Source: an uncultured delta proteobacterium | Lineage (GTDB): Bacteria; Myxococcota_A; Polyangia; Polyangiales; JAFGIB01 | Direction of reading: 5' to 3' | Assembly: GCA_963778655.1 (NCBI GenBank) | Contig: CAVZVA010000009.1 | Location: 800,001-864,000, forward strand | Length of the DNA: 64,000 nt | Shown: one piece after another, positions 32,719-42,220 of the stretch | Position numbering within the stretch: position 1 is the first letter of the stretch | How the letters are laid out: each line of letters starts with the position of its first letter | Made by a program: the position numbers and the translations under genes | Notes under the pieces: model-generated | Told to the model about the DNA's origin: nothing | Seen by the model: only the letters and a program-made list of their open reading frames with translations | Databases searched by the model: none

Positions 32719-33759
32719 TCAGAAGCCTACAGCCAAAGTCGACCTCACGGGCGAAAGCGAGAGGCGAACCGAGCTATCCGGCTTGCGGCTCTCGAACACG
32801 AATGCCACACAAGCAGTCGCCGCGGAAGCCGCCGTGAGGGCCCAGCCGATGTCGGTGAGCGTCTCGAAGGTGCGGAGCTGCGAGGCTCGGATCGCTGCAT
32901 CCCGCTGCGCCGCAGAGCACCCGACCTCCTTGCAATGCGCCGTGAGGGCGTCACCGATCTGATTGACGCGATACCAAGCGAGCCCCGTTGCCAGGGCAAA
33001 CGCGGGCACCGCGGCAAGCGCCACCCAGGTGACGATGCGCCGCCGTCCTTTCTGGGGTGGCGCGTAGACGTCGCGCGTTGGGGGCTCCGGCGGGTCGATC
33101 GCTGCGTTCCCCATCACCTCCTGGACTCCCTCGCCGCCGACCCCACGCCCGCCTGCGGGCTCTGCCGCGACTGGGGCTTCGTCCGGCGGCTGCGAGAGCA
33201 GCGAGATTTCGATCTGCGCGGTGGTTCCAGCAGCTACGTCGATTGGAAGCTCTTGCCCGTTGTATCCATCGGCGTCGACCCGGAGCATGTGAGTCCCCGG
33301 ATCCAGAATGATCTCGCCCGACGCGTCCGCATACGCCGATTCGCCATCGACCGCTATATGCACCGGCTCGGCATTGACGATGATCTGGCGCCGGGCCACG
33401 AGCGGCGTCAACTCGTCCATTAGCCGCTGCACATAGCGGCGCAGCTTCGCATCGAGCGGCTTGCTGCGCTCCTGCAGCGCTTGCTGCAGCAGGCTGACCG
33501 CCCGCGCATAGCGTCCCATGCGGAAGCTGACCACACCCATCCCGCGGAGGGCGCGTGCGCTCGGCTCCAGCTCGTGGGCGTGTCCGAATGCGGAATACGC
33601 CGTGGCCCAATCGCCGGCGTTGACGGCTTCGAGCGCGCGATCGATCCAGTGCTCGTATGAATCCGGGGTGGGTTGGGCGAAGGTCGCTGAAGCGCATGCG
33701 ACTGCGAATGTTGCTGCGAGGCAGGCCGCGCCCAACGCGCCTCGAAACGAGCGCTTCAT
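32719..33759 (-). CDS. TPR + PEGA domain membrane/secreted protein
   Basis: Signal peptide, TPR (A..AF..AHEL.PSARALRGMG), LDPGTH.L.V.ADGY, C-terminal TM helices. Confidence 0.8.
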   Translation of the reverse strand: MKRSFRGALGAACLAATFAVACASATFAQPTPDSYEHWIDRALEAVNAGDWATAYSAFGHAHELEPSARALRGMGVVSFRMGRYARAVSLLQQALQERSKPLDAKLRRYVQRLMDELTPLVARRQIIVNAEPVHIAVDGESAYADASGEIILDPGTHMLRVDADGYNGQELPIDVAAGTTAQIEISLLSQPPDEAPVAAEPAGGRGVGGEGVQEVMGNAAIDPPEPPTRDVYAPPQKGRRRIVTWVALAAVPAFALATGLAWYRVNQIGDALTAHCKEVGCSAAQRDAAIRASQLRTFETLTDIGWALTAASAATACVAFVFESRKPDSSVRLSLSPVRSTLAVGF

Positions 33760-33763
33760 GGGC

Positions 33764-35188
33764 TCAGAAGTCCTTCCGCAGCAACAGCAACTCCCGAGGT
33801 CCCGCGTCTCGCAGAGTGTGGTCTCTTCCCGATCGAGGGTGGTTGCCCCGTACGCGCGGTTTGCGTGTGGATGGCGCCGCTTGGGTCGAAGTCGCATCGA
33901 GCGTGGGGCCTTGGGTAGCCGGAACACTCGAGGGAGTCGCATCCGGCAGGTCGCCCGAGCTCGCGCTGCTCGCGATCGTGCTGGCCGCGATCAACGGAGC
34001 GCGGGCATGCGGGCTGGTCTGGCCGCTCTGACGAATCTGACGAGCAGTGGGGCGCCCAGTCGGTCTGGTTGCCGGGGCGGGCCACAACGCAAAGCCGGCA
34101 ACTCCGAGCGCGCCCAGGAGCAGCAGAGCCGCTGTGAGAGAGAGCGCGCGCGTCAGTCGCGGCATGGGGGGCATGGTTGCGGTTCGATCGAGCGCGGGCT
34201 GGCGTCCAGCGTCACTGCGCCCGCCGAACGCGCCCCTGAGGCCCTGCGCAAGCTCGTCGACGGTCTGGAAGCGTTGGTCGGGAAGACGCGCGAGAGCTCT
34301 CTCCAATACTGCTTGGACCCGAGCGGCGAGCGGCGCATCGTCGAGCACGAGTCGTGCCGGCCGTTCGGTCGCCAACCTGATCGCGAGATCCGCCCGAGTC
34401 CGTGCCTCGAAAGGTCGTTTGCCCGTGAGCATCTCGTAGAACACCACGCCCAGCGCATACACGTCCGCTCGCGCATCGCAGGGCTCGCCGCGCAGTTGTT
34501 CGAGTGGCATGTAGCGCGGGGTACCAGCCACCGCCGTCTCGGAAACGCTGAGACCGCTTTCTGCGGAAGGTTGCTGGACGATCTTCGAGACGCCGAAGTC
34601 CAACACCTTGGGTTGGTCAGCGCTGCCGTCCGACAGCACGCTGAGCATGATGTTTTCGGGCTTCAGGTCGCGGTGAACGATGCCATGCCGGTGCGCTTCG
34701 CTTACGCCGCGAGCCACCCCCAACATGATTGTGAGGGCTTCCGCTGCGGGAATCGGGCCGCGCGCAAGCCGCGTGCGCAGTGTCTCTCCGCGCACGCGCT
34801 CCATGACCAGATACAGGCTCGGCCCCTCACCTCCGACGTCGTAAATGCGGATGATATTGGGATGGTCCAAACGACCGGCCGCGCGCGCCTCGCGCTCGAA
34901 GCGGCGCACCCAGTGCTTGGAGGCGCGAAGGTTGGGGTCGAGGTACTTGAGCGCGACCCGCTTTTCCGTTTGCAGATGCGTGGCTTCGAACACCCATCCC
35001 ATCCCGCCCCGTCCCAGAAGCGCGCCCAGTTGGTACTTGCCGTCCACGACTTGCCCCGGGTACGGCGCCTTCCAATCGTTCGCATCGGCGACTCCAGGAG
35101 ACGAGCTGTCGGCGAGATCCGAGCCTGGCGTCTTCGAGAGGTCGCTGTCGTCAACGGCGGCCAAGATATCTTCAGACCCACGGTTCAT
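33764..35188 (-). CDS. Membrane Ser/Thr protein kinase
   Basis: LGRGGMG, VALK, HRDLKPEN, DFG, GTPRYMPLEQ, one TM helix. Confidence 0.93.
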   Translation of the reverse strand: MNRGSEDILAAVDDSDLSKTPGSDLADSSSPGVADANDWKAPYPGQVVDGKYQLGALLGRGGMGWVFEATHLQTEKRVALKYLDPNLRASKHWVRRFEREARAAGRLDHPNIIRIYDVGGEGPSLYLVMERVRGETLRTRLARGPIPAAEALTIMLGVARGVSEAHRHGIVHRDLKPENIMLSVLSDGSADQPKVLDFGVSKIVQQPSAESGLSVSETAVAGTPRYMPLEQLRGEPCDARADVYALGVVFYEMLTGKRPFEARTRADLAIRLATERPARLVLDDAPLAARVQAVLERALARLPDQRFQTVDELAQGLRGAFGGRSDAGRQPALDRTATMPPMPRLTRALSLTAALLLLGALGVAGFALWPAPATRPTGRPTARQIRQSGQTSPHARAPLIAASTIASSASSGDLPDATPSSVPATQGPTLDATSTQAAPSTRKPRVRGNHPRSGRDHTLRDAGPRELLLLRKDF

Positions 35189-35218
35189 GACCTCGGGAAC
35201 CCCGATTCTCCCTTGCGA

Positions 35219-37459
35219 TCAAGGTTTCAGCACTAGCAGAAACATCCCACTCCCGTCGAGCGGCCCGCCACCCAAATCAATGGGTGCCGTGTACCAACCC
35301 GTGGCGTAGACGCGACCCGTTTCATCGGTTCGTACCCCGGCGGCCGTGTCCCAGCCCGACGCTCCTAGAGTGTCGCTCCACACGAAGCTTCCATCGGAGG
35401 CGTACTTCGCGACGAAGGCGTCGTAGCTTCCGGCAGCGGTGCGCGGCCCTTCTCCGAAATCGACGGTTTGCTGGAACGGGCCCGCGACTACGACCTCGTT
35501 CGAGGGACCCGAGCTGATGCCCCAAATCACGTCGGTCGCCGCGCCGCCGATCTGTCGGCTCCAGAGCGGAGCGCCGTCGCCGCTCCACTTCGCGATCCAG
35601 GCATCCCAGTCTTGCGCTGTGTAGGAGCTGGTGCCGCCGAAGCTCGCCGTGCCGTAGAAGTCCCCGGCGATCAGCGCGTTGCCTTCCGCATCGAGAGCCA
35701 AGCGGCCGCACTCGTCGGTCGAGCCGCCTCCCATGCGACGACTCCACAGCGAATCGCCGTCTGGGTTCAACTTCGCGAGGAATACGTCCATGCCGCCCTG
35801 CGACGTCAGGCTCGAAGTGCCAAATGCAATGCTCTGATCGAAGACGCCGGCTACGAAGATGTCTTCGTTCGAGTCTGCCACCACGGCTCGGCCGTCGTCG
35901 TTGCCGGTGGAGCCCCAGCGTCGTGCCCACAGCAGCGTTCCGTCCGGCGAAAACTTCGCGACGAACAGGTCCCAGCTACCCGCGGATGTGAGACTGACCG
36001 AGTCGACCTGTAAGGTGTTCTGGAAGCGTCCGGTCAGCAGCACGTTGTTCGATCGATCCGCGCTGACGAAGCCCTCCCATTGATCGGTCGGCGGCGGGAG
36101 GTCGATGTTATAGAGATACTTGTGCCAGAGCGGCGAGCCGTCCTCCGCGCTGAGCTTCGCCAGGAACCGAGCCCGCTTGCCTCCTGTATCCACCGGACCG
36201 TCGCCGAGATCGAGCCCGCCGTCCGTATAGCCGGTGACTAGCAGATTGCCCGCCGAATCCGCCTCCGCCCACATCACGCGGTCGTCGTTCGCCCCGCCAA
36301 AGCGACGTTGCCACAGCAGCTTTCGGTTCGAATCGAGCCGGGCTGCAAAGAAGTCCTTGTCGCCAACGGTGGAAATCGTGACGCCATCGATCGTCACGTC
36401 GGTATCTATGGTGGTGGCCAGCAGCAGGTCTGCGCCATGAGGGATCGCCTGCATGCCGAACATCGGACCCGTGAGCTGCCACTCGAATCGAGTGTCGTCG
36501 CACTGCCTGCCGGCCGCGGGATCGTCGAAGTACGCGGGGCAACGGCATGTGTAGGTGCCCGGGGAGTTGGCACAGAAGGCGAGGGGATCACAGTCGTTGC
36601 CTATCGCGCACTCGTCGATGTCGGTGCAGTGGCCCTGGTCATCCTCGTAGCCAGCGGGGCACGGCCCACAGCTGTAGCCGCCCGCGGTGTTGTGACAGGT
36701 CTTGAGCGCGTCGCACGCGTCGGTGCGCTGGCATTCGTCGACGTCGACGCAGCTGCCAGCTTTGTCCTGGTACCCAGCCGGACACGGTCCGCAAGTGTAG
36801 CCGCCCGTGGTGTTGTGGCAGCTCTTGAGCGCATCGCATGCGTCGGCGTGCTGGCATTCGTCGACGTCCACGCAAGTGCCACCTTTGTCCTGGTAGCCGC
36901 CTGGACACGATCCACAGCTGTAGCTGCCAGGGGTGTTGTGGCAGCTCTCGAGCGGGTCGCATGCATCGGCACGCTGGCATTCGTCGATGTCGACGCAGCT
37001 GCCAGCTTGGTCCTGGTAGCCAGCCGGACACGGTCCGCAGCTGTAGCCACCTTTCGTGTTGTGACAGCTCTTGAGCGCATCGCACGGATTGCCACGCGCG
37101 CATTCGTCGACGTCGACGCAAAGGCCCTGGACCTCCTCGTAGCCGCGGGAACAAGAGCAGCCCCCGCCGTCCGCTCCACCGCTACAGCTGTCCGGAGGTT
37201 CGCAGAGCTGGTCCTGCCCGCAACCGGCGTCGCAGACCTCGTCCTGTCCGCAGCCGGCGTCGGCCTCAGGAGTCGGACGTTCCGGCGTCCCGAGCGCAGG
37301 CGTGGTCGCGCCTGGGGACGGCGCCTTGATCGCGGCGTCCGAGATCGGGATTGTCGTGCGATCGTACGAGCAGGCTGCCAGGTGACGGACCGCCAGCAGC
37401 AGCATCGCCAGCAGAAAGACCGCGCCTGCCCCACTGCCCCTGGACATCGGCCTTGGCAT
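35219..37459 (-). CDS. Lipoprotein with tandem calcium-binding EGF repeats and SBBP-type beta-propeller
   Basis: Lipobox LAAC; C.D.DEC....C....C.NT.G.Y.C repeats; D.FVAK...G..LW.R..GG...D propeller blades. Confidence 0.85.
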   Translation of the reverse strand: MPRPMSRGSGAGAVFLLAMLLLAVRHLAACSYDRTTIPISDAAIKAPSPGATTPALGTPERPTPEADAGCGQDEVCDAGCGQDQLCEPPDSCSGGADGGGCSCSRGYEEVQGLCVDVDECARGNPCDALKSCHNTKGGYSCGPCPAGYQDQAGSCVDIDECQRADACDPLESCHNTPGSYSCGSCPGGYQDKGGTCVDVDECQHADACDALKSCHNTTGGYTCGPCPAGYQDKAGSCVDVDECQRTDACDALKTCHNTAGGYSCGPCPAGYEDDQGHCTDIDECAIGNDCDPLAFCANSPGTYTCRCPAYFDDPAAGRQCDDTRFEWQLTGPMFGMQAIPHGADLLLATTIDTDVTIDGVTISTVGDKDFFAARLDSNRKLLWQRRFGGANDDRVMWAEADSAGNLLVTGYTDGGLDLGDGPVDTGGKRARFLAKLSAEDGSPLWHKYLYNIDLPPPTDQWEGFVSADRSNNVLLTGRFQNTLQVDSVSLTSAGSWDLFVAKFSPDGTLLWARRWGSTGNDDGRAVVADSNEDIFVAGVFDQSIAFGTSSLTSQGGMDVFLAKLNPDGDSLWSRRMGGGSTDECGRLALDAEGNALIAGDFYGTASFGGTSSYTAQDWDAWIAKWSGDGAPLWSRQIGGAATDVIWGISSGPSNEVVVAGPFQQTVDFGEGPRTAAGSYDAFVAKYASDGSFVWSDTLGASGWDTAAGVRTDETGRVYATGWYTAPIDLGGGPLDGSGMFLLVLKP
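36608..37120. repeat. 123-bp tandem repeats encoding EGF-Ca units (five register points)
   Basis: gcaYtcgtcga recurs at 36608, 36731, 36854, 36977, 37100. Confidence 0.9.
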
Positions 37460-37743
37460 ATCAGTCGCACGGGGCGGTGTCGAACGAAACGGCCGGAATA
37501 TGGCCTGTTTTCGCCAAAATCGCGCTTGAGCCGCGCGCGACTGGACGCGACTCGCGACATCCCTCCCATCCCAATCTCAATTGAATCTCAAATCGTACCG
37601 GGGTTGCCCAGTGCCCTGAGCACGCGATCTCGATCACAGACTGACTGAATGCAAAGACCGGCCAGCTCCGATCATCGCGTGCACAAGGCGTGCCTACGCG
37701 CCGCCCTCGTGATGGCCGCCCTCGTCAACTCGTGAGGCTGGCG

Positions 37744-39306
37744 CTACCGTCGATGCAGGGCGCGCTCGAGCTGCTGTGTCGGGTACGCTTCCATCGCCAG
37801 CCGTTCCTCGCGATGCGGGTCCTGCTGTGCTGAGGGCGGCGTATCGAGCAGCATCACCGTGCGCGCTTGCAGATCGTAGGGCTTCCAGGCTGGCACCAAG
37901 GCGTTGTTCGGGTTGCCAGTGCGGGCGAAGGCGAGCCAGGTTTCGCTCATCATGTTCGCCATCGCCTCCGTCTCCGCCGTGGGGGCGCCCAGCATTTGAG
38001 GCGCCTTGGCCACGTTGTCGAACATGAAGGGCAGGTCGAGCGAGTGCGGGGTGATGCGGCGACCGCCATCGACCGGCGTTCGCCACATGAGGCGATAGGA
38101 GTAGACCGAAGCGCCGCCCTGTCGGGCCTTGGCTTCGGTCTGCAGGATGCTGTCGCGCCAGTAGCCGCGCGCCGTGGTGATCTTGAAGAAGAGCTCGGGC
38201 GCGGATGCGCCGGGGCTGCCTCGCTTGAACAGCGCGATCAGCGCGGTGACGTCTGGTTCCGGCACGAAGGCGCGAAGCCGTGCTGCGAGCCCGGCATCGT
38301 CAAGCGCAAACGTCTCACTGTTGCCGAGTTGGTTGGACAGCTCGGTCCGGCAGGTGCCGATCATCATCGGGATCGTGGCCGCCGGCGGCGGCGCTTCGGG
38401 ATCCCAGGGATGCGCGGCAAAGGTCGTCTCGTCCAACGCCGGGGAATAGCGCGAGCGCGTTTCGCGCGTGATGTCCCGGTTTGCGCGGCGGATGTCCCGC
38501 CACGGAAGCTGCTGCAGCCTGTGCGCGTCCGTTCGCTTGAGATCGAAGTGCTGCAGCAGGCGCTCTGCGAGCTCGTTCGCGCGCTCGCGTGACATCAAGC
38601 GCAGATGCGATCCGCTCTGGACAATGCCGCGGTGGAACAGGCCCTGTGCGATTGGGGATGCGGTCAGCAAGCTGACCTTGCGACCGCCCCCCGACTGACC
38701 GAAGACAGTGACGTTGTCCGGATCGCCGCCAAACTGGGCGATGTTCGCATTCACCCAGCGCAGGGCCGCGACCACATCGAGGTAACCAGCGTTCGCGGAT
38801 CCGGCAAACGCTTCTCCGAAGATATCTTCGAGATGGCAATGGCCGAAGATCCCGAGTCGGTGATTGACGGTGAGCACCACCACGTCGCCGCGACGTGCCA
38901 GATTGGTGCCGTCGTACAACAGGCTCGAGCCACTGCCGGCCTCGAAGCCGCCGCCGTGTAGCCATACCAGCACCGGTCGCTTGCGGCTGTCCGCTCCCGG
39001 GGTCCACAGGTTGAGGCACAGGCAGTCTTCACCCATCTCGGGCCGTCTGCCCTCGAAGCCGCCCTCCGCAAGCCACCCCGGCGCCTGGGGCGCGGTCTGG
39101 CCGTAGTCGACGACATCACGGATGCCGGTCCAGGGTGCCGGCGGTCGAGGCGGCAGAAAGCGATTGGCGCCGGCGGTCCCCGCCCCGTACGGAATGCCGC
39201 GGAAGATCGAGACGCCTCTGTAGACCTCTCCGCGTACGCGACCGGAGGCAATCTCGACGACGGCCGAAGGCTCAACCGGCCCAGAGTGGGCTGTGTCGTC
39301 GGTCAT
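37744..39306 (-). CDS. Carboxylesterase type B
   Basis: FRGIPYG, EDCLCLNLWTP, WLHGGGF, FGGDPDNVTVFGQSGGG, HSLDL. Confidence 0.95.
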   Translation of the reverse strand: MTDDTAHSGPVEPSAVVEIASGRVRGEVYRGVSIFRGIPYGAGTAGANRFLPPRPPAPWTGIRDVVDYGQTAPQAPGWLAEGGFEGRRPEMGEDCLCLNLWTPGADSRKRPVLVWLHGGGFEAGSGSSLLYDGTNLARRGDVVVLTVNHRLGIFGHCHLEDIFGEAFAGSANAGYLDVVAALRWVNANIAQFGGDPDNVTVFGQSGGGRKVSLLTASPIAQGLFHRGIVQSGSHLRLMSRERANELAERLLQHFDLKRTDAHRLQQLPWRDIRRANRDITRETRSRYSPALDETTFAAHPWDPEAPPPAATIPMMIGTCRTELSNQLGNSETFALDDAGLAARLRAFVPEPDVTALIALFKRGSPGASAPELFFKITTARGYWRDSILQTEAKARQGGASVYSYRLMWRTPVDGGRRITPHSLDLPFMFDNVAKAPQMLGAPTAETEAMANMMSETWLAFARTGNPNNALVPAWKPYDLQARTVMLLDTPPSAQQDPHREERLAMEAYPTQQLERALHRR

Positions 39307-39647
39307 GGCGGTATTGCAGTCGTTGCGTAGAACAGAACACTGTTCTGTCTGACCGAAACTAGGCGGAGGTTCTAGCCTTGTCAATCGACGATCCGCACCC
39401 GGAGAAGCGCGCCCTCAGCATGAGCGAAGCCGGTCAAGCGCGCTGCATTTCGCAGGGTCGGGCCGAGGACGAAAGCCGCGCATGTGGGGAAAGACGAAGG
39501 AAATCCTAGGCGCTCAACCTGATCGGTGCTCTAGTGCTCTGACCGGATGATTGTGAACGGAGATCGTGTCTGAGGCGATGCCAACTCTCGAAGTTCACTG
39601 CTGCGGTCGCAGGGTTCCGCAAGTCGCGCGGCTCGGGGCCCAACGCG

Positions 39648-41030
39648 ATGTCTGAGCCGCCGGCTGCGCTCACCGCCGAGCTGTGCCGCTTCATCACCGG
39701 GAGCGCGTCCGCAGATTGGCCCGACGATGTTCTCGAGCTCGGCCGCCGCCATATTCTCGATACGATTGCCTCCATCGTCGTGTGCGGTGATCGAGAGGTC
39801 GCCCGGCTGGCGCGCGGGTTCGCGCTGCGGCAGAGCGGCGACTTGCGCAGCGGCGCCCCGATCCTCGGCACACGTCTTCGCGCCTCCTTGCCCGATGCGG
39901 TCTTTGCCAGCGCGATGACCGCGCACGGCGCGGAGATCAACGACTTCTGCCCATCTGCGTTCGTGCAACCCGGGCCTGCGGTGGTGAGCGCGGGGATCTG
40001 TGTCGCAGCGGTCGACCATGCTTCAGGCGCAGCCCTGCTGCGCGCCACGATTGCAGGCTATGAGCTGACCTGCCGGCTACCCAAAGCCCTCGGGGTCAAC
40101 CGTGGCCGCCAGCTCGGCTATTCCAGTCACGGCTACGGGCCCGTGTTCGGTAGCGCTGCGACAGTCGCTTCGTTGCGGCGGTATCCGGATGCCACCGTTA
40201 ACCACATGCTGAGCTATTGCGCCCAGCAGGCATCGGGCTCGCTACAGTGGCTGCTAGACGTCGGCCACGTCGAGAAGTCGTTCGTCTTCGCCGGCATGCC
40301 GGCGCGCAACGGCGTGCATGCTGCACTGTTGGCCGAGGCGGGGTTCACTGGGGTTCCGGACTCGCTGGAGGCGCAGGGCGGGTGGCTCATGTCCCGCCTG
40401 TTCAAGGCCGAGCACAGCGACTTCAATCCGCAGTATCTAGTCGAGCATCTCGGAGCGCGCTTCGAAATGCCGCTGGTGGCCTACAAGCGCTTTCCCGTCG
40501 GCGGCCCCGCGCAGCCGGTCGTGCAGGCGATGCTGGAGCTAGCGCCGCGAGTGCGACGGGACGAGATCGCCCGCATCGAGATCGAGATGCCGGGCGCGGT
40601 GAGGGCGTTCGCCAACGCGGAAATGCCGGCGCTCAATCTTCCTTACCTGTGCTCGGTCATCCTGATCGACCGCGATCTCACGTTCGAGATGGCCGACTCG
40701 CTGCAGCGAAGGTCGGCAGACGTAGAAGTGCAACGCCTCATGACTTGCGTCGCCGTGCTGCATGACCCAGCGCAGGAGGCAGTCCCTCGCAAGGAAAGCG
40801 CACGCGTCACGATACGGTTGCAGGACGGCCGGACCGAATCGGTGTTCGTCGAGCACGTGAGGGGGTACCCCGCGAACCCGATGACCCACGAGGATGTCGA
40901 GGCCAAGGCCCGAACGCTGATGACTCCCGTGCTGGGGCCCGAGAGGACCGACGAGCTGATCGATCTCGCTTTCCGCCTCGATGAGCTTCCGGACGCCGGT
41001 GTCCTGGCAGCAGCAATGGTCGCGAGATAA
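39648..41030 (+). CDS. MmgE/PrpD family protein
   Basis: ILDTI, AHGAEIND, AGYE, AALLAEAGFTG, YKRFP, G.P.NPMT. Confidence 0.9.
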   Translation: MSEPPAALTAELCRFITGSASADWPDDVLELGRRHILDTIASIVVCGDREVARLARGFALRQSGDLRSGAPILGTRLRASLPDAVFASAMTAHGAEINDFCPSAFVQPGPAVVSAGICVAAVDHASGAALLRATIAGYELTCRLPKALGVNRGRQLGYSSHGYGPVFGSAATVASLRRYPDATVNHMLSYCAQQASGSLQWLLDVGHVEKSFVFAGMPARNGVHAALLAEAGFTGVPDSLEAQGGWLMSRLFKAEHSDFNPQYLVEHLGARFEMPLVAYKRFPVGGPAQPVVQAMLELAPRVRRDEIARIEIEMPGAVRAFANAEMPALNLPYLCSVILIDRDLTFEMADSLQRRSADVEVQRLMTCVAVLHDPAQEAVPRKESARVTIRLQDGRTESVFVEHVRGYPANPMTHEDVEAKARTLMTPVLGPERTDELIDLAFRLDELPDAGVLAAAMVAR

Positions 41031-41069
41031 CACCGCACCGGGGGTTGTGCGGGCAGCTGAGCGCAGCTT

Positions 41070-41927
41070 CGCCATCCGCTGCTCAATCAGGGCGCGCGCT
41101 TCAATCAACAGTGTCGGATGTATGCGCCTTTGTACCGGCAGATGGGCATCGTTCCCGGCGCGGGCGGCGTGCCGATGGTGAGCGACGCGGGCATGGGCGA
41201 CATGTTTGGGCTCGGCCTCAGCGACGTGCGCGACGCGTTCAAGTACTACCTGGAGCACTTCAACCAGGGTCGAAGGTTCGTGCTGATGGGACACTCTCAG
41301 GGCACCGGGATGTTGATGGCGATGATGACGACCGATGTCGATCCGGTGCCGGAGGTGCGCGCCAAGATGATCTCGGCCTTGCTGATCGGTGGCGGCGTAA
41401 ACGTGCCTGAGGGCAAGGACGTCGGAGGCACGTTCAAGAACATTCCTCTCTGCACCCAGCCCAAGCAGTTCGGCTGCGTGGTGGCCTACAACAGCTTCTC
41501 GAAGGAGACGCCCCCGAGCGCGACCTCGACGTTTGCGCGCGCTCCGGACGGCATGATGAACGCGTGCACCGAGCCGGCCGCGCTTGCGGGTCACGCGGGC
41601 GAGCGCTACCAGGGCAGCTACATCGGGCTGATGCTGTCCAACAAGTCGCTGCTGCTGTTCGACGGGATCAATCAACTACCGAGCGACATCACCACGCCTT
41701 TCGTCATCTACCGCGACGTCTTTCGTGGTGAGTGCAAGAACGTCGACGGTGCCAGCTATCTGGAGATTTCAGAGGAGTTGCCTGATGGGGACAAGCGGCC
41801 CCCACCGCCGTATCGGTTCTCGCTGATCGAGTCGGCTCTCGGCCTTCACGTATATGACTACAATCTTGAGCTCGACGACCTGCTCGAGCTGGTGCAGCTA
41901 CAAGCGGACGCGGCAGCCGGCAAGTGA
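41070..41927 (+). pseudogene. DUF3089 alpha/beta-hydrolase-like protein, N-terminally truncated/frameshifted
   Basis: MYAPLYRQ, DV.DAF.YYL...NQGR.FVL.GHSQG, GLH.YDY; abuts the PrpD stop with no intact 5' end. Confidence 0.75.
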
Positions 41928-42220
41928 CGCTGGGGCGCTCCTTGTCGCTCGCCCATGACGGCTCGCTGGAGCCGAACGGCACGGGGACCGGCTTGCCACC
42001 GCTCGCAAGCGGGCTCACGGCCTTTTGACGTGCTCGCGCTGCGCTGCGCGAGGTAACCCAAGCACGCCTGGGCTGCCCGTGCTACCTGCACCCCGGGCTC
42101 GCCACGCCGCCGAAACTATCCCGCCCCACGGGCGAAGCCGGTTGTGTGCGATTGCGTCCTCGGACGCGGAGCGTTACGGTGGCGGCGTTCGTAAGCGGGG
42201 ATGGCAACGTGTCGAGAGTC

